The notes beneath the pieces were generated by a model. The model worked only from the letters and a program-made list of their open reading frames with translations, searched no databases and was not told the origin of the DNA. From positions 736,001 to 800,000 of the forward strand of contig OZ241875.1 of NCBI GenBank assembly GCA_965203325.1: 64,000 bases of DNA, read 5' to 3'. Positions 1 to 8,650 of the stretch are shown piece after piece. Position 1 is the stretch's first letter, and each line of letters opens with the position of its first letter. The translations under genes were made by a program, and so were the position numbers. This stretch comes from a bacterium. Lineage in GTDB: Bacteria > UBA8248.

Positions 1-224
1 CTTCCATCGAGCGGGGCCAGGCTTGCGGGGAGATTTCCCCCGAAGTCGATCCGGAGCAGACGGCGAAGTCTCTGCTCGGTCTGCTTCTCGGCCTCAGGGT
101 GCTGGCGTGCGTTTCTCCCGATGAGAGCTTTCCGGAATCCGTCGTGGGGCAGGCCGAGGCCCTGTTGCCTTCGCCTGCCCGGGATTCGGAAAAGCGTTCC
201 TCAACAAACCCGTCAGCGCCGTAA
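1..224 (+). CDS. TetR/AcrR-family regulator, C-terminal part (5' truncated by window edge)
   Basis: Manual translation from nt 3: SIERGQACGEISPEVDPEQTAKSLLGLLLGLRVLA, a typical TetR C-terminal pattern; TAA at 222-224. Confidence 0.7.
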   Translation, partial: SIERGQACGEISPEVDPEQTAKSLLGLLLGLRVLACVSPDESFPESVVGQAEALLPSPARDSEKRSSTNPSAP

Positions 225-433
225 CGAAGGATGGGGCCCGGGACAGGCCCCTTCGATACGCGGCTTCGACGCTGCTCGGGCCGAGGCGGAGCGGTCCTCT
301 CCGGGTTCCGCCCGCGAATCCACCGGTCGTCATGAAGGCCGTGTCCTGGTTTTTCCCGCCGTCTTGCGGCGCGGGGCCTTGCGCCGATGCGGACGTTGCC
401 GGCCCGGTTCTTCCCGACCCCGGAACCGGCGAA

Positions 434-727
434 TCAATGGAAATTCACCCCGGCCCCGTTCACCGCATCCCTGAAGTTTTGTCCCGCCTTGAACCTCACG
501 ACCCTGCGGGCGCTGATGGGCGCTTCCAGGCCCGTCTTCGGGTTGCGCCCCATCCGGGCGTTCTTCTCCCTCACACTGAAGGAGCCGAAGCGCCTCAACG
601 TGACGGACTCGCCCCTCGCGAGGGATTCCCTGACGGCGTCGATGATGGCATCGACGGCTTCTTCGGCCTTGATCTTGCCGAGGCCCGTGTCGCCGGACAC
701 GAGGCTGATGATGTCGATCTTCCGCAA
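434..727 (-). CDS. HU/IHF-family DNA-binding protein
   Basis: FGSFSVREKNARMGRNPKTG signature; probable TTG start at 727 after a GGAGGAG RBS. Confidence 0.93.
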   Translation of the reverse strand: MRKIDIISLVSGDTGLGKIKAEEAVDAIIDAVRESLARGESVTLRRFGSFSVREKNARMGRNPKTGLEAPISARRVVRFKAGQNFRDAVNGAGVNFH

Positions 728-876
728 AGGACTCCTCCCGCGCACCTTCCGGGTGAAAATATGAGATGAACGATTCGGATAATCCGTTGGATGGAATGAA
801 ATTTATGGGCATTATATACAATAGTGCCGAAACTTTATTTCAAGGTTTTTCTATATAATTAAATCAATCGATTTTA

Positions 877-1326
877 CTATGGCAATTCCTTCTCTTCTTC
901 TTCCTGTTGTTTTTGTTTCTTTGCGGTTTGTTCCGCTTCCACTTTTGCGCGTGAACGTTCTTCTCTAATCGTTTCGGTAAGTTCGTAACACTCTTTCCTG
1001 ATAGCGGTTTTTTCTATTGCTTCAACCTCTCCCCGTAACCTCGCCAATTCCGGAGACCTGTCTGTTCCACTAACAAAGAAAAGCGCCGGCCAAAACAGAA
1101 TCAAGCCGACTGCCATTGCACCAGTACTTTGTTCCGATTCGGCCCTTTGGAATTTTGTTACCTCAATGGCCCTGTAGTTTACTCTTCTATATTCTTCAAG
1201 TAGTTGAGAACATTTCAAGGACCGGTATTGCAAGGGAGATACATAAGCAGCCGAAATACCATCGGGGGAAGGAACACAACCGAATGTCAGGAATGCAGAA
1301 AGGATCAAGCTCATTACTTTTTTCAT
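877..1326 (-). CDS. Hypothetical lipoprotein (AT-rich gene)
   Basis: Signal peptide with lipobox LTFG-C, internal hydrophobic segment GLILFWPALFF, charged tail. Confidence 0.8.
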   Translation of the reverse strand: MKKVMSLILSAFLTFGCVPSPDGISAAYVSPLQYRSLKCSQLLEEYRRVNYRAIEVTKFQRAESEQSTGAMAVGLILFWPALFFVSGTDRSPELARLRGEVEAIEKTAIRKECYELTETIREERSRAKVEAEQTAKKQKQQEEEEKELP

Positions 1327-1553
1327 TGCAATTCCTTATTTAAACCCCAAAAAGATTTTTGGACACATAGGCGGTTGTGGCCTGGGTAGTCTGTTGCTTG
1401 ATTTTTTCCAGAAAGGTTTTGCAGGATGAGAATAATATTTATTTTGAAATATTTGTCAAATATTATGGAAACGAAATAGTTTCAGGCACTCCCGAATTTA
1501 TCACCGGCTCCGGGCGCGGGCAAACACCTGGCCGGCGCGCGCCTGCTGTGACC

Positions 1554-2729
1554 CTACAGCATGTCTTCGGCGATGCTCTCGGCGACCCGCTCGGCCGCCT
1601 CCTGCGCCGAGTCGCGCGCGAGGTGCGCGTAGCGCGCCGTCGTCTCCATCTTGCTGTGGCCCAGGAGCTTCCCGATCACGGGCAGCGCCTCGCCGAGCGC
1701 AAGCGCCCGCGAGGCCCAGGAGTGGCGCAGGTCATGGAGGCGCACGCCTTCGAGACCCGCGCGCTCCCTTATCGTTCGCCAGGCCTCGTCGATGTTCCTC
1801 AAGGGCGTCCCGGGCTTCCTGCCCGGTATGACCCAGGGGCCGTCGTGGGCGCCGAGGAGACCCGCGAGGAGCTCGACCGCCTGGGGCGGCAGCGGGACCG
1901 CCCGCGCGCCCGTCTTGGAATCGGGCAGCCTGAGCTCTCCCGCTTCGAGCGCCACGTCCTCCCGGCGCAGCCCGAGCACCTCGCTCCTGCGGCACCCGGT
2001 AAGCGCGAGAAGGCGGATCGCCGCCACAGTGGAAGCGGAGGCGCCGCTCCGGGCCTCCGCCTCATCAAGCGCTTCTCCCAGGCGGGTGAACTCCGAATCC
2101 GTCAGGAACCGCTCGCGCCTGCGCTCGGGGTATTTCACGAGAGCCTTGCAGGGGTTTGATAATCCCTCGGGGACCATTCCCCAGCCCGCGGCCAGGCGGT
2201 ACATCGAGGAGAGGATGCGGAGCGCCGTGTTCGCCACCGCTGGCGTCTCGTAGAGGCTCTCGTGGAACTCCGCCACCTGCGCGCGCGAGAGCGCAGCGAT
2301 CGGCAGCTTGCCCAGGGCGGGCAGGACGTGGCGGTCGATCACCGAGCGATAGAGCGCGGCGGTGCCCGGCTTGCACCGCACCGAGACGTATTCGGAGAGG
2401 TAGCGCGCGCAAAGTTCGGCCACCGTGGGGCCTCCCGCCGGCTTCATCGGTTCGGGCACCGCCTCCTCGCCCGCCTTGACCCTCGCGATGATGTGGGCGG
2501 CGCGCTTTCTGGCCTCATCGGCGTTGATCACCCCGTGGCGGCCCACGGCCACGCGTTTGGGACCCTCGGGCCCCCGCGCCTGGGCGACGTAGACCTTGCT
2601 CCCGGTGGGATAGACCCTCACGCCGAAACCCGTGAGCTCCCCGTCCCAGAAGACGGTGTCCTTCTCGACTGTGAGTTTCCCGACCGCGCGGTTCGACAGC
2701 GTTTTGATTTTGGGCTGCGTCATCTTCAC
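1554..2729 (-). CDS. Tyrosine recombinase/integrase with N-terminal arm-binding domain (copy 2)
   Basis: WDGELTGFGVRV arm domain; catalytic LTGCRRSE, SKTG, HDLRH, LGH, TARYAHL. Confidence 0.95.
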   Translation of the reverse strand: MKMTQPKIKTLSNRAVGKLTVEKDTVFWDGELTGFGVRVYPTGSKVYVAQARGPEGPKRVAVGRHGVINADEARKRAAHIIARVKAGEEAVPEPMKPAGGPTVAELCARYLSEYVSVRCKPGTAALYRSVIDRHVLPALGKLPIAALSRAQVAEFHESLYETPAVANTALRILSSMYRLAAGWGMVPEGLSNPCKALVKYPERRRERFLTDSEFTRLGEALDEAEARSGASASTVAAIRLLALTGCRRSEVLGLRREDVALEAGELRLPDSKTGARAVPLPPQAVELLAGLLGAHDGPWVIPGRKPGTPLRNIDEAWRTIRERAGLEGVRLHDLRHSWASRALALGEALPVIGKLLGHSKMETTARYAHLARDSAQEAAERVAESIAEDML

Positions 2730-2730
2730 T

Positions 2731-3906
2731 CTACCTCCCTCGGCTCGTGACGTGGGCGCCGATGCTCCCGCCCACCCGCACCGCCGCCTCCCTCTCGGCC
2801 TCGCGCATCAGGTGCGCGTAGCGCGCGCTCGTCGCCACGCTCGTGTGCCCGAGGAGTTTCCCGATCGTGTAGAGGCTCTCGCCCAGCGCCAGCGCCCTCG
2901 ACGCATAGGAATGCCTGAGGTCATGGATGCGGACATCATGAAGCCCCGCCCGCGCCCGGACGGACCGCCAGTAGTATTGCAGGCCCGTGAGGCGCCTCCC
3001 CGGCCTTTGGCCCGCGATCACCCAGGGAACCTCCGGCTGATGGGGAACCCCGTCCAGCACCCTGAGCACGGGCTTCGTCAGGGGCACCATCCGGGGACCC
3101 GCCTTGGCGTCCTGAAGCCTCAAATCCCCCGCCGTGCGGTCCACGTCGTCCCAGCGCAAGTTCAGTATCTCGCCCCTGCGGCATCCGGTAAGTACGAGCA
3201 GCCGGATGGCCGCTATAGCGGGCGGCCATATCCCGCCCTCCGCCTCGGTTTGCCTGAGCGCAAGGCCCAGCCTCCGGTATTCCTCAGGCGTCAGGAACCG
3301 CTCGCGCGCCTGCGTCCTGTAGCGGCGCACGGCGAGGCAGGGGTTCCGCCCGGGCGGTACCAGCTCCCACGCTTCGGCAAGTACGAACATGCGCGAGAGC
3401 AGATGGACCGCCTGGTTCGCCAGGACCGGCGTATCGCGAAGGCCGTGATGGAGCGCCGTGACTTCCGCCCCGCCGATCTCGTCCATGCCCATCCCGCCCA
3501 GGACCGGCAGGATGTGTTTGTCGAGCACGGTGCGGTACGCGGCAATCGTGGCGGGCTTCAGGTGTTTCTCCACGTGGGTGCGCATGAAGCGTTCGGCGAG
3601 TACCGCCACGGTGGTCTCCGCCTCGGGCGCCGCGGCGCTGAAATCCTCGCCGCGCTTGATGCGGTCGATAATGAGGGCGGCCTGTTTCCTGGCCTCATCG
3701 ACGGGCAGCTCCCCGTGACGGCCGAGCGTCACGCGCTTCGGCCCCCAGGGTCCCCGGGACTGCACCACCCAGGTCTTCCTGCCCGTGGCGTGGACGCGCA
3801 CCCCGAAGCCCGCCAGCTCCCGGTCCCAGAAGATCGCGTCCTTCCCGTCGGCCTCGAGCGCGTCGACGGTGCGCTTGGTGAGTTTCAGATCGCTTCGCTT
3901 CGGCAT
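2731..3906 (-). CDS. Tyrosine recombinase/integrase with N-terminal arm-binding domain (copy 1)
   Basis: WDRELAGFGVRV; LTGCRRGE, AKAG, HDLRH, LGH, SARYAHL; ATG at 3906 after GGAGG. Confidence 0.95.
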   Translation of the reverse strand: MPKRSDLKLTKRTVDALEADGKDAIFWDRELAGFGVRVHATGRKTWVVQSRGPWGPKRVTLGRHGELPVDEARKQAALIIDRIKRGEDFSAAAPEAETTVAVLAERFMRTHVEKHLKPATIAAYRTVLDKHILPVLGGMGMDEIGGAEVTALHHGLRDTPVLANQAVHLLSRMFVLAEAWELVPPGRNPCLAVRRYRTQARERFLTPEEYRRLGLALRQTEAEGGIWPPAIAAIRLLVLTGCRRGEILNLRWDDVDRTAGDLRLQDAKAGPRMVPLTKPVLRVLDGVPHQPEVPWVIAGQRPGRRLTGLQYYWRSVRARAGLHDVRIHDLRHSYASRALALGESLYTIGKLLGHTSVATSARYAHLMREAEREAAVRVGGSIGAHVTSRGR

Positions 3907-4454
3907 CCCGCCTCCTGAATCTGTAATCAAATCGCATACGTGCGGCATCAAACTGGGGGGTATTCAAGCATATGTATGACGAAAATGCAAGGGGTAGCTG
4001 GGTACGGAATAACAGAAATATGGTATTATAAACAATCGGTTATCGTAGACATACGTAGTCAATCATACTATCGCGCCGACACCGGGTTCATGACAATGAT
4101 TAATCGTATTTTACGGGAAATTGGATTATTTCCATTTCTCCACCTGCTCCCGCGTCCATGAGCGCCGCGGCCCGGGCCGGGTGAAGACCGCGGGGCGACG
4201 CCTCCGCCCTCGCCCGGAACAGGGCCCTGGCGAACGGCATCACGCGGTGAAGAACGCGGACAGACGCCCTTATCCTCTCTCGAATGCCCGGTTCCATGAG
4301 AAAACCTCCTCTCGCCTCCGCCTCGGCCCGCAAGCGGGAGAGCTTTCCCCCGCGCGGCGCGCACGATACACCGCTTCGGGGTTCGGGGGAGGACCGCAAA
4401 TGCGCGCAAATGCGCGAACGCCCGGCCCGCTCGTCCTCCCCCAGCCTTGAAAAC

Positions 4455-4607
4455 CAACCCCCCCCTACCCCCCCTTGTCAGGGGGGCAAGAAAAAGCAAA
4501 ACCCCCTCAACCCTGCGAAGGCGCATCGCCTTTTTATACCCCCCTGACAAGGGGGGGTAGGGGGGGTTGCCTTTATCCCCTGACAAAGAGGACTTTTCAA
4601 CAACCCC
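4455..4607. repeat. Long palindromic repeat (CCCCCTACCCCCCCTTGTCAGGGGGG arms) plus one MITE-like end
   Basis: ~30-bp inverted arms across 4455-4569; similar reverse-orientation copies at ~7170-7281 and ~22308-22409; ends in CTTTTCAACAACCCC. Confidence 0.85.
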
Positions 4608-4726
4608 TCATCAGGGGCGCTTTCAGCGCTCCCCTGCGGCGGGGGGTTTTTCGTCCGCCTTTTTGCCCTTTCATCCCGGATTCGTTAAGCTGGATGTTCA
4701 CTATCCATCATTGAGGAGAGAATCCG

Positions 4727-6319
4727 ATGGCGCAATTCGACGGAATCGTGATCGGTGCGGGGCATAACGGCCTGGTGTGCGCGGCGTATCTCGCCCGGGC
4801 GGGGCTGAAAGTCGCCGTTCTGGATTGTGAACCCGAAATCGGCGGCGGCTCGAGCACCCAAGAATTCCTGCTGCCCGGCTACCAATCCAACATGCACGCG
4901 AATTTCTTCATCGGTCTGGACGATTTTCCAATCGTCAAGGACCTGGAACTCGACAAACACGGGTTCAAGTGGCTTACGCCCGACGTGCAGCACGCCGCAC
5001 TGTATCGCGACGGCACGGCGGTTCTGCTTCACCGCGACGCTGAGAAAAGCGCGGCGTCCATCTCAAGATTCTCTCAAAAAGACGCGGAATCTTACGTCTA
5101 CCTCCACCGGCGATTCGCCGTGGAACACGCCCCGCTCCTGCGCAGTTTCCTGTTTCACCCACCGCTACCACCGGAGGAAATCGTCTCCCGGATGGACAGC
5201 GATGCGGGACGCGAGATTCTGAGCTTTGCGAAAATGTCGATTTTCGAGGCCATCGAATCGAATTTCGAGCATCCCAAAATGCGGGCCTTGTTCTTCTTGT
5301 TCTCTCACGCCATTACGGTCGAGAACGCGCCGGGCACGGGTATCTTCCTCCCGAGCCTGTTTTCCACCCACACGACGCTCGGCCTCCCGGTGGGGGGCGC
5401 CATCCAACTGCCTCTGGCGCTCGAGCGCATCGTCATCAACAACGGAGGCGTCGTCCTGAGAAACAGCCACGTGCGTGAGGTGATTCGGGAAAACGGTCGC
5501 GCGACGGGCGTGATGCTCGAAGGCGGCGAGAAGATGATGGCGACGCAATTCGTCGCATCGAGCCTCAATGCGCCGGCTTCCATCAAAATGGCGGGAGAGG
5601 ACGCGTTTCCCGATGAGGTCAACGAGAAGGTGCGGAACTGGGACTGGGGTTTCCACTCCCTGAGTACGCTGCATCTCGCACTCGCCGAACCCCCGCGATA
5701 TGCCGCGGAGGATTTCGACCCGGACGTGGGCCAGGCGTACAACATCATCTTCGGCGCCGATTCCGGCGAGGAGATGGCCGAAAACACCGAAGAACGCAGA
5801 AACGGCCTCATCCCGTCGCGCCCGATGGGCAACGGCTCATGCAACAGCCAGCACGACCCCTCCTATGCGCCAGACGACGGCCACGTCGCCTTCTGGTGGC
5901 CCGGCGCGCCCTATGAACTCAAGGACGGCGGCCCCCGGAAGTGGGATGAAGTAAAAGAGGAATACACAGAACGCCTCGTGGACGTGTGGCGGGGCTACGC
6001 TCCGAACCTCACGCCGGACAACGTCCGCGCGGCGAAGCTCTACACCCCGCTCGACGTGGAGCGCGGGAACAAGAACATGATACGCGGCGGCGTGCGCATG
6101 GGGGCGTACATTCCCGAGCAACTGGGGGTCAACAGGCCCCATCCCCTGCTCTCCGGCATGCGGACGCCTCTGGAGGGCTTCTATCTGTGCAGTTCGAGCT
6201 GCCAGGGAGGCGGTCTGAACGGGGCGCCCGGCTATAACGCGGCCGGCGTGATCGCTGAGGATTTGGGCGTCGAGAAATGGTGGGAGCCGCTTCCTGCGCC
6301 CGCGGCGCCCGCCGGCTAA
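4727..6319 (+). CDS. Phytoene dehydrogenase-like FAD-dependent oxidoreductase
   Basis: IGAGHNGLVCAAYLARAG dinucleotide-binding motif; C-terminal RTPLEGFYLCSSSCQGGG.NGAPGYNAA. Confidence 0.9.
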   Translation: MAQFDGIVIGAGHNGLVCAAYLARAGLKVAVLDCEPEIGGGSSTQEFLLPGYQSNMHANFFIGLDDFPIVKDLELDKHGFKWLTPDVQHAALYRDGTAVLLHRDAEKSAASISRFSQKDAESYVYLHRRFAVEHAPLLRSFLFHPPLPPEEIVSRMDSDAGREILSFAKMSIFEAIESNFEHPKMRALFFLFSHAITVENAPGTGIFLPSLFSTHTTLGLPVGGAIQLPLALERIVINNGGVVLRNSHVREVIRENGRATGVMLEGGEKMMATQFVASSLNAPASIKMAGEDAFPDEVNEKVRNWDWGFHSLSTLHLALAEPPRYAAEDFDPDVGQAYNIIFGADSGEEMAENTEERRNGLIPSRPMGNGSCNSQHDPSYAPDDGHVAFWWPGAPYELKDGGPRKWDEVKEEYTERLVDVWRGYAPNLTPDNVRAAKLYTPLDVERGNKNMIRGGVRMGAYIPEQLGVNRPHPLLSGMRTPLEGFYLCSSSCQGGGLNGAPGYNAAGVIAEDLGVEKWWEPLPAPAAPAG

Positions 6320-6717
6320 GTCTCCGCGCCGGGGATCATCACCACCGCCTCGATTTCCACGATGTCGTCCTGGTTCAGCCTGCTCACCTCCACGATGGTG
6401 CGCGTGGGCAGGTTCGGCCCGAAGTATTCCTCATACAGCCGGTTGATGACCGGGCGGTCGGCATCCATATCCCTCACGTAGACGACGGTGGATAAGAAGG
6501 TGGCGAGCGACCCGCCGCCCGCCTCCGCAATGGCTTTCAGGTTCTCGAAAGTTCTTCTGGCGCGCGCCTCGATGGTTCGCTCGACGAGTTCCCCCGAATC
6601 GGGGTCGATGCCGCGCTGGCCGGCGATGAACAACAGGTTCCCCACGCGGCGCGCCTGGACGAAGGGCCCGGTGGGCGACGGCGCCTGGTCTGTCTGGATG
6701 GTTTGAGGCGACTCCAA
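6316..6717 (-). CDS. RidA/YjgF family protein
   Basis: APSPTGPFVQA, LFIAGQ, PTRTIVEV, VEIEAV; probable TTG start at 6717. Confidence 0.9.
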   Translation of the reverse strand: MESPQTIQTDQAPSPTGPFVQARRVGNLLFIAGQRGIDPDSGELVERTIEARARRTFENLKAIAEAGGGSLATFLSTVVYVRDMDADRPVINRLYEEYFGPNLPTRTIVEVSRLNQDDIVEIEAVVMIPGAET

Positions 6718-6785
6718 GGCGTCCCCCCGGTTGGACAGCAGGGAAAAGGCTGCCCGAGCGGATTTCCTGCCGCGCGGCGCCGCTA

Positions 6786-7007
6786 TTATTTCTTGCCTTT
6801 CGGCAACTCCGCCGGAAAAGCGATTTTGAGCCATTGCTGCGTCAGAATGGTCGCGGCGTTCTCGTCTTTTCCGGGAATGAACGCGATGGGTTCCTTGGGC
6901 TGAACGCCCTCCTGATCGAGCATATAGACGTCCACGCCGAACCCGTACAGGTCATGATCGCGGGTTTCGAGGTTGTATTTCACCCCATTGTTCGTCAGTT
7001 GATTCAT
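6786..7007 (-). CDS. Small hypothetical protein (73 aa)
   Basis: ATG with AAGGA RBS, natural amino-acid composition, fills an intergenic gap. Confidence 0.7.
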   Translation of the reverse strand: MNQLTNNGVKYNLETRDHDLYGFGVDVYMLDQEGVQPKEPIAFIPGKDENAATILTQQWLKIAFPAELPKGKK

Positions 7008-7129
7008 CCGGGATTATCCTTTCAAGCTCACTGGCGAAAACTCGACGATGAAAATTTCAACTCCCGCTATCATAGCCGATGGCTTGAGCCCCCGTAAAGT
7101 TTGGAGGCGGCCTCAAACGCATCTGTTCT

Positions 7130-7378
7130 CGGGGCTGTTGAAAAAGTCCTCCTCCTCAAGGGATAAAGGCAACCCCCTACCCCCCCTTGTCAGGGGGGTA
7201 TAAAAAGGCGATGCGTCCCCGCCGGGCTGAGAAGGTTTTGATTTTTCTTGCCCCCCTGACAAGGGGGGGTAGGGGGGGTTGCTTTTGTAGGGACAGGTCG
7301 CGACCTGTCCCTACGGGTCCTTCTAACCGGTTGGTTCTGTTCGCCAAATCACGGAATCAGGCCTTTTCAACAACCCCG
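7130..7378. mobile_element. MITE-like non-autonomous element
   Basis: Terminal inverted repeats CGGGGCTGTTGAAAAAG / CTTTTCAACAACCCCG flanked by direct repeat TTCT (7126-7129, 7379-7382). Confidence 0.75.
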
Positions 7379-7419
7379 TTCTTGACCCCATATGGGGCCT
7401 ATGATAAACGCAAAACCCT

Positions 7420-7494
7420 GGGCCGTTAGCTCAGTGGCAGAGCGCTGCCTTCACACGGCAGAAGTCACTGGTTCAAATCCAGTACGGCCCACCA
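7420..7494 (+). tRNA. tRNA-Val(CAC)
   Basis: GGGCCGT/ACGGCCC acceptor stem, anticodon arm CTGCC-TTCACAC-GGCAG, GGTTCAAATCC T-arm, encoded CCA. Confidence 0.97.
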
Positions 7495-7533
7495 TTTTAA
7501 TTTCGCTCGGCGTTCAACGGAAAACGACGGTTC

Positions 7534-8586
7534 CTAAATCTCGATCCCTTCCAGAAGTTCTGTCATCTGTATCTTTCTTCCCTCTTCCGCCGAGCGGCAC
7601 GAACCCTCGACCTGCGCCAGGGCATGGACGGCCTCCCGTGGACCGGTTTCGGGCGCATCGCCCGTGCGCGCGCAATCGGCGAACTCCTCCACCTCGTCGA
7701 TTATCATGTCCACCATTTCGGGCACGGGCACGTCCGTCCAGCCGGCCTCGCCCGCCTTTTGAATCGCTAATGTCGTCTCATCGTTCGTCCGGTGCGCCAG
7801 GGTGATGTTTTCGCGAATCATCTCGAGAGAGACCACCGCCTGTGTGCCGTGCAGCCTGAGCGTGAACACGCCGGGCGTCACGAAACTCGTCATCAGGGTG
7901 GAGACGGGGCCGCCTTCGTGCTCGGTGATCGTCATCGTCACGTCGTCGATCTCCGCAGGAGTGGCCAGCTTTTTGTGAATTCCCGTCACGCAAACGGGAT
8001 CGCCCAGCAGGTAGTTCAGTGTGTCGCAGTGGTGAATCCCCATCTGCATGAGGGGACCGCCCGGACACTCGTCCCTGAAATAACGCCACCTGTCGGGAGT
8101 GAAAAACTGACCCATGTGATTCGAAAAAACAGCTTCCGCCCAAAGCGGCCTGCCGATGGTGCCGTCTTCTATCAGCGCACGGATTTTCCGGTGCCCCGCC
8201 GCGCGCCGGTAGCAATGCCCCACCGCCAGGGTCTTGCCGGACGCCCGCCAGGCTGCCAGCACTTCGGGCGTTTCGGCCAGGACGTTCGTTATCGGTTTTT
8301 CCACCCAGACGTGCTTGCCCGCCTTGAGCGCGGCGATGATCTGGGCTGCATGCGCCTTGTTCGGCGTGGTGAGGAGAATCCCCTCCACGTCTGGATTCTC
8401 CAGTATCGCCTCATAGCTGGGCGTCGCTTCGCATCCATGCTCCTCAGCGAAAGAGGTGCGCTTTTCTTCGTTGCGCGTGTAGCAGGCGACGAGGTCTATC
8501 TTCTCGCTTCTGCGGAGGGCGTCTCCTATCGGCGTCGCCCACCACCCGAGTCCCACGAGGGCCGCTCTGAAATTTTCCTGTGACAT
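7534..8586 (-). CDS. Gfo/Idh/MocA family oxidoreductase
   Basis: VGLGWW, AGKHVWVEKP, GGPLMQMGIHHCD. Confidence 0.93.
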   Translation of the reverse strand: MSQENFRAALVGLGWWATPIGDALRRSEKIDLVACYTRNEEKRTSFAEEHGCEATPSYEAILENPDVEGILLTTPNKAHAAQIIAALKAGKHVWVEKPITNVLAETPEVLAAWRASGKTLAVGHCYRRAAGHRKIRALIEDGTIGRPLWAEAVFSNHMGQFFTPDRWRYFRDECPGGPLMQMGIHHCDTLNYLLGDPVCVTGIHKKLATPAEIDDVTMTITEHEGGPVSTLMTSFVTPGVFTLRLHGTQAVVSLEMIRENITLAHRTNDETTLAIQKAGEAGWTDVPVPEMVDMIIDEVEEFADCARTGDAPETGPREAVHALAQVEGSCRSAEEGRKIQMTELLEGIEI

Positions 8587-8650
8587 ATAAACTCCCCGTT
8601 ATGAAGTATCTGGCTTCTCCGAAATATGGCTCCTTTTAGGATGAGTATCC

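Noticed and set aside
4068..4714. ORFs overlapping the palindromic repeats (also 7187-7429, 22013-22619, 43032-43554)
   Set aside because: They are translations of non-coding repeat DNA, with recurring PLTRGGRGG peptides and no protein features.
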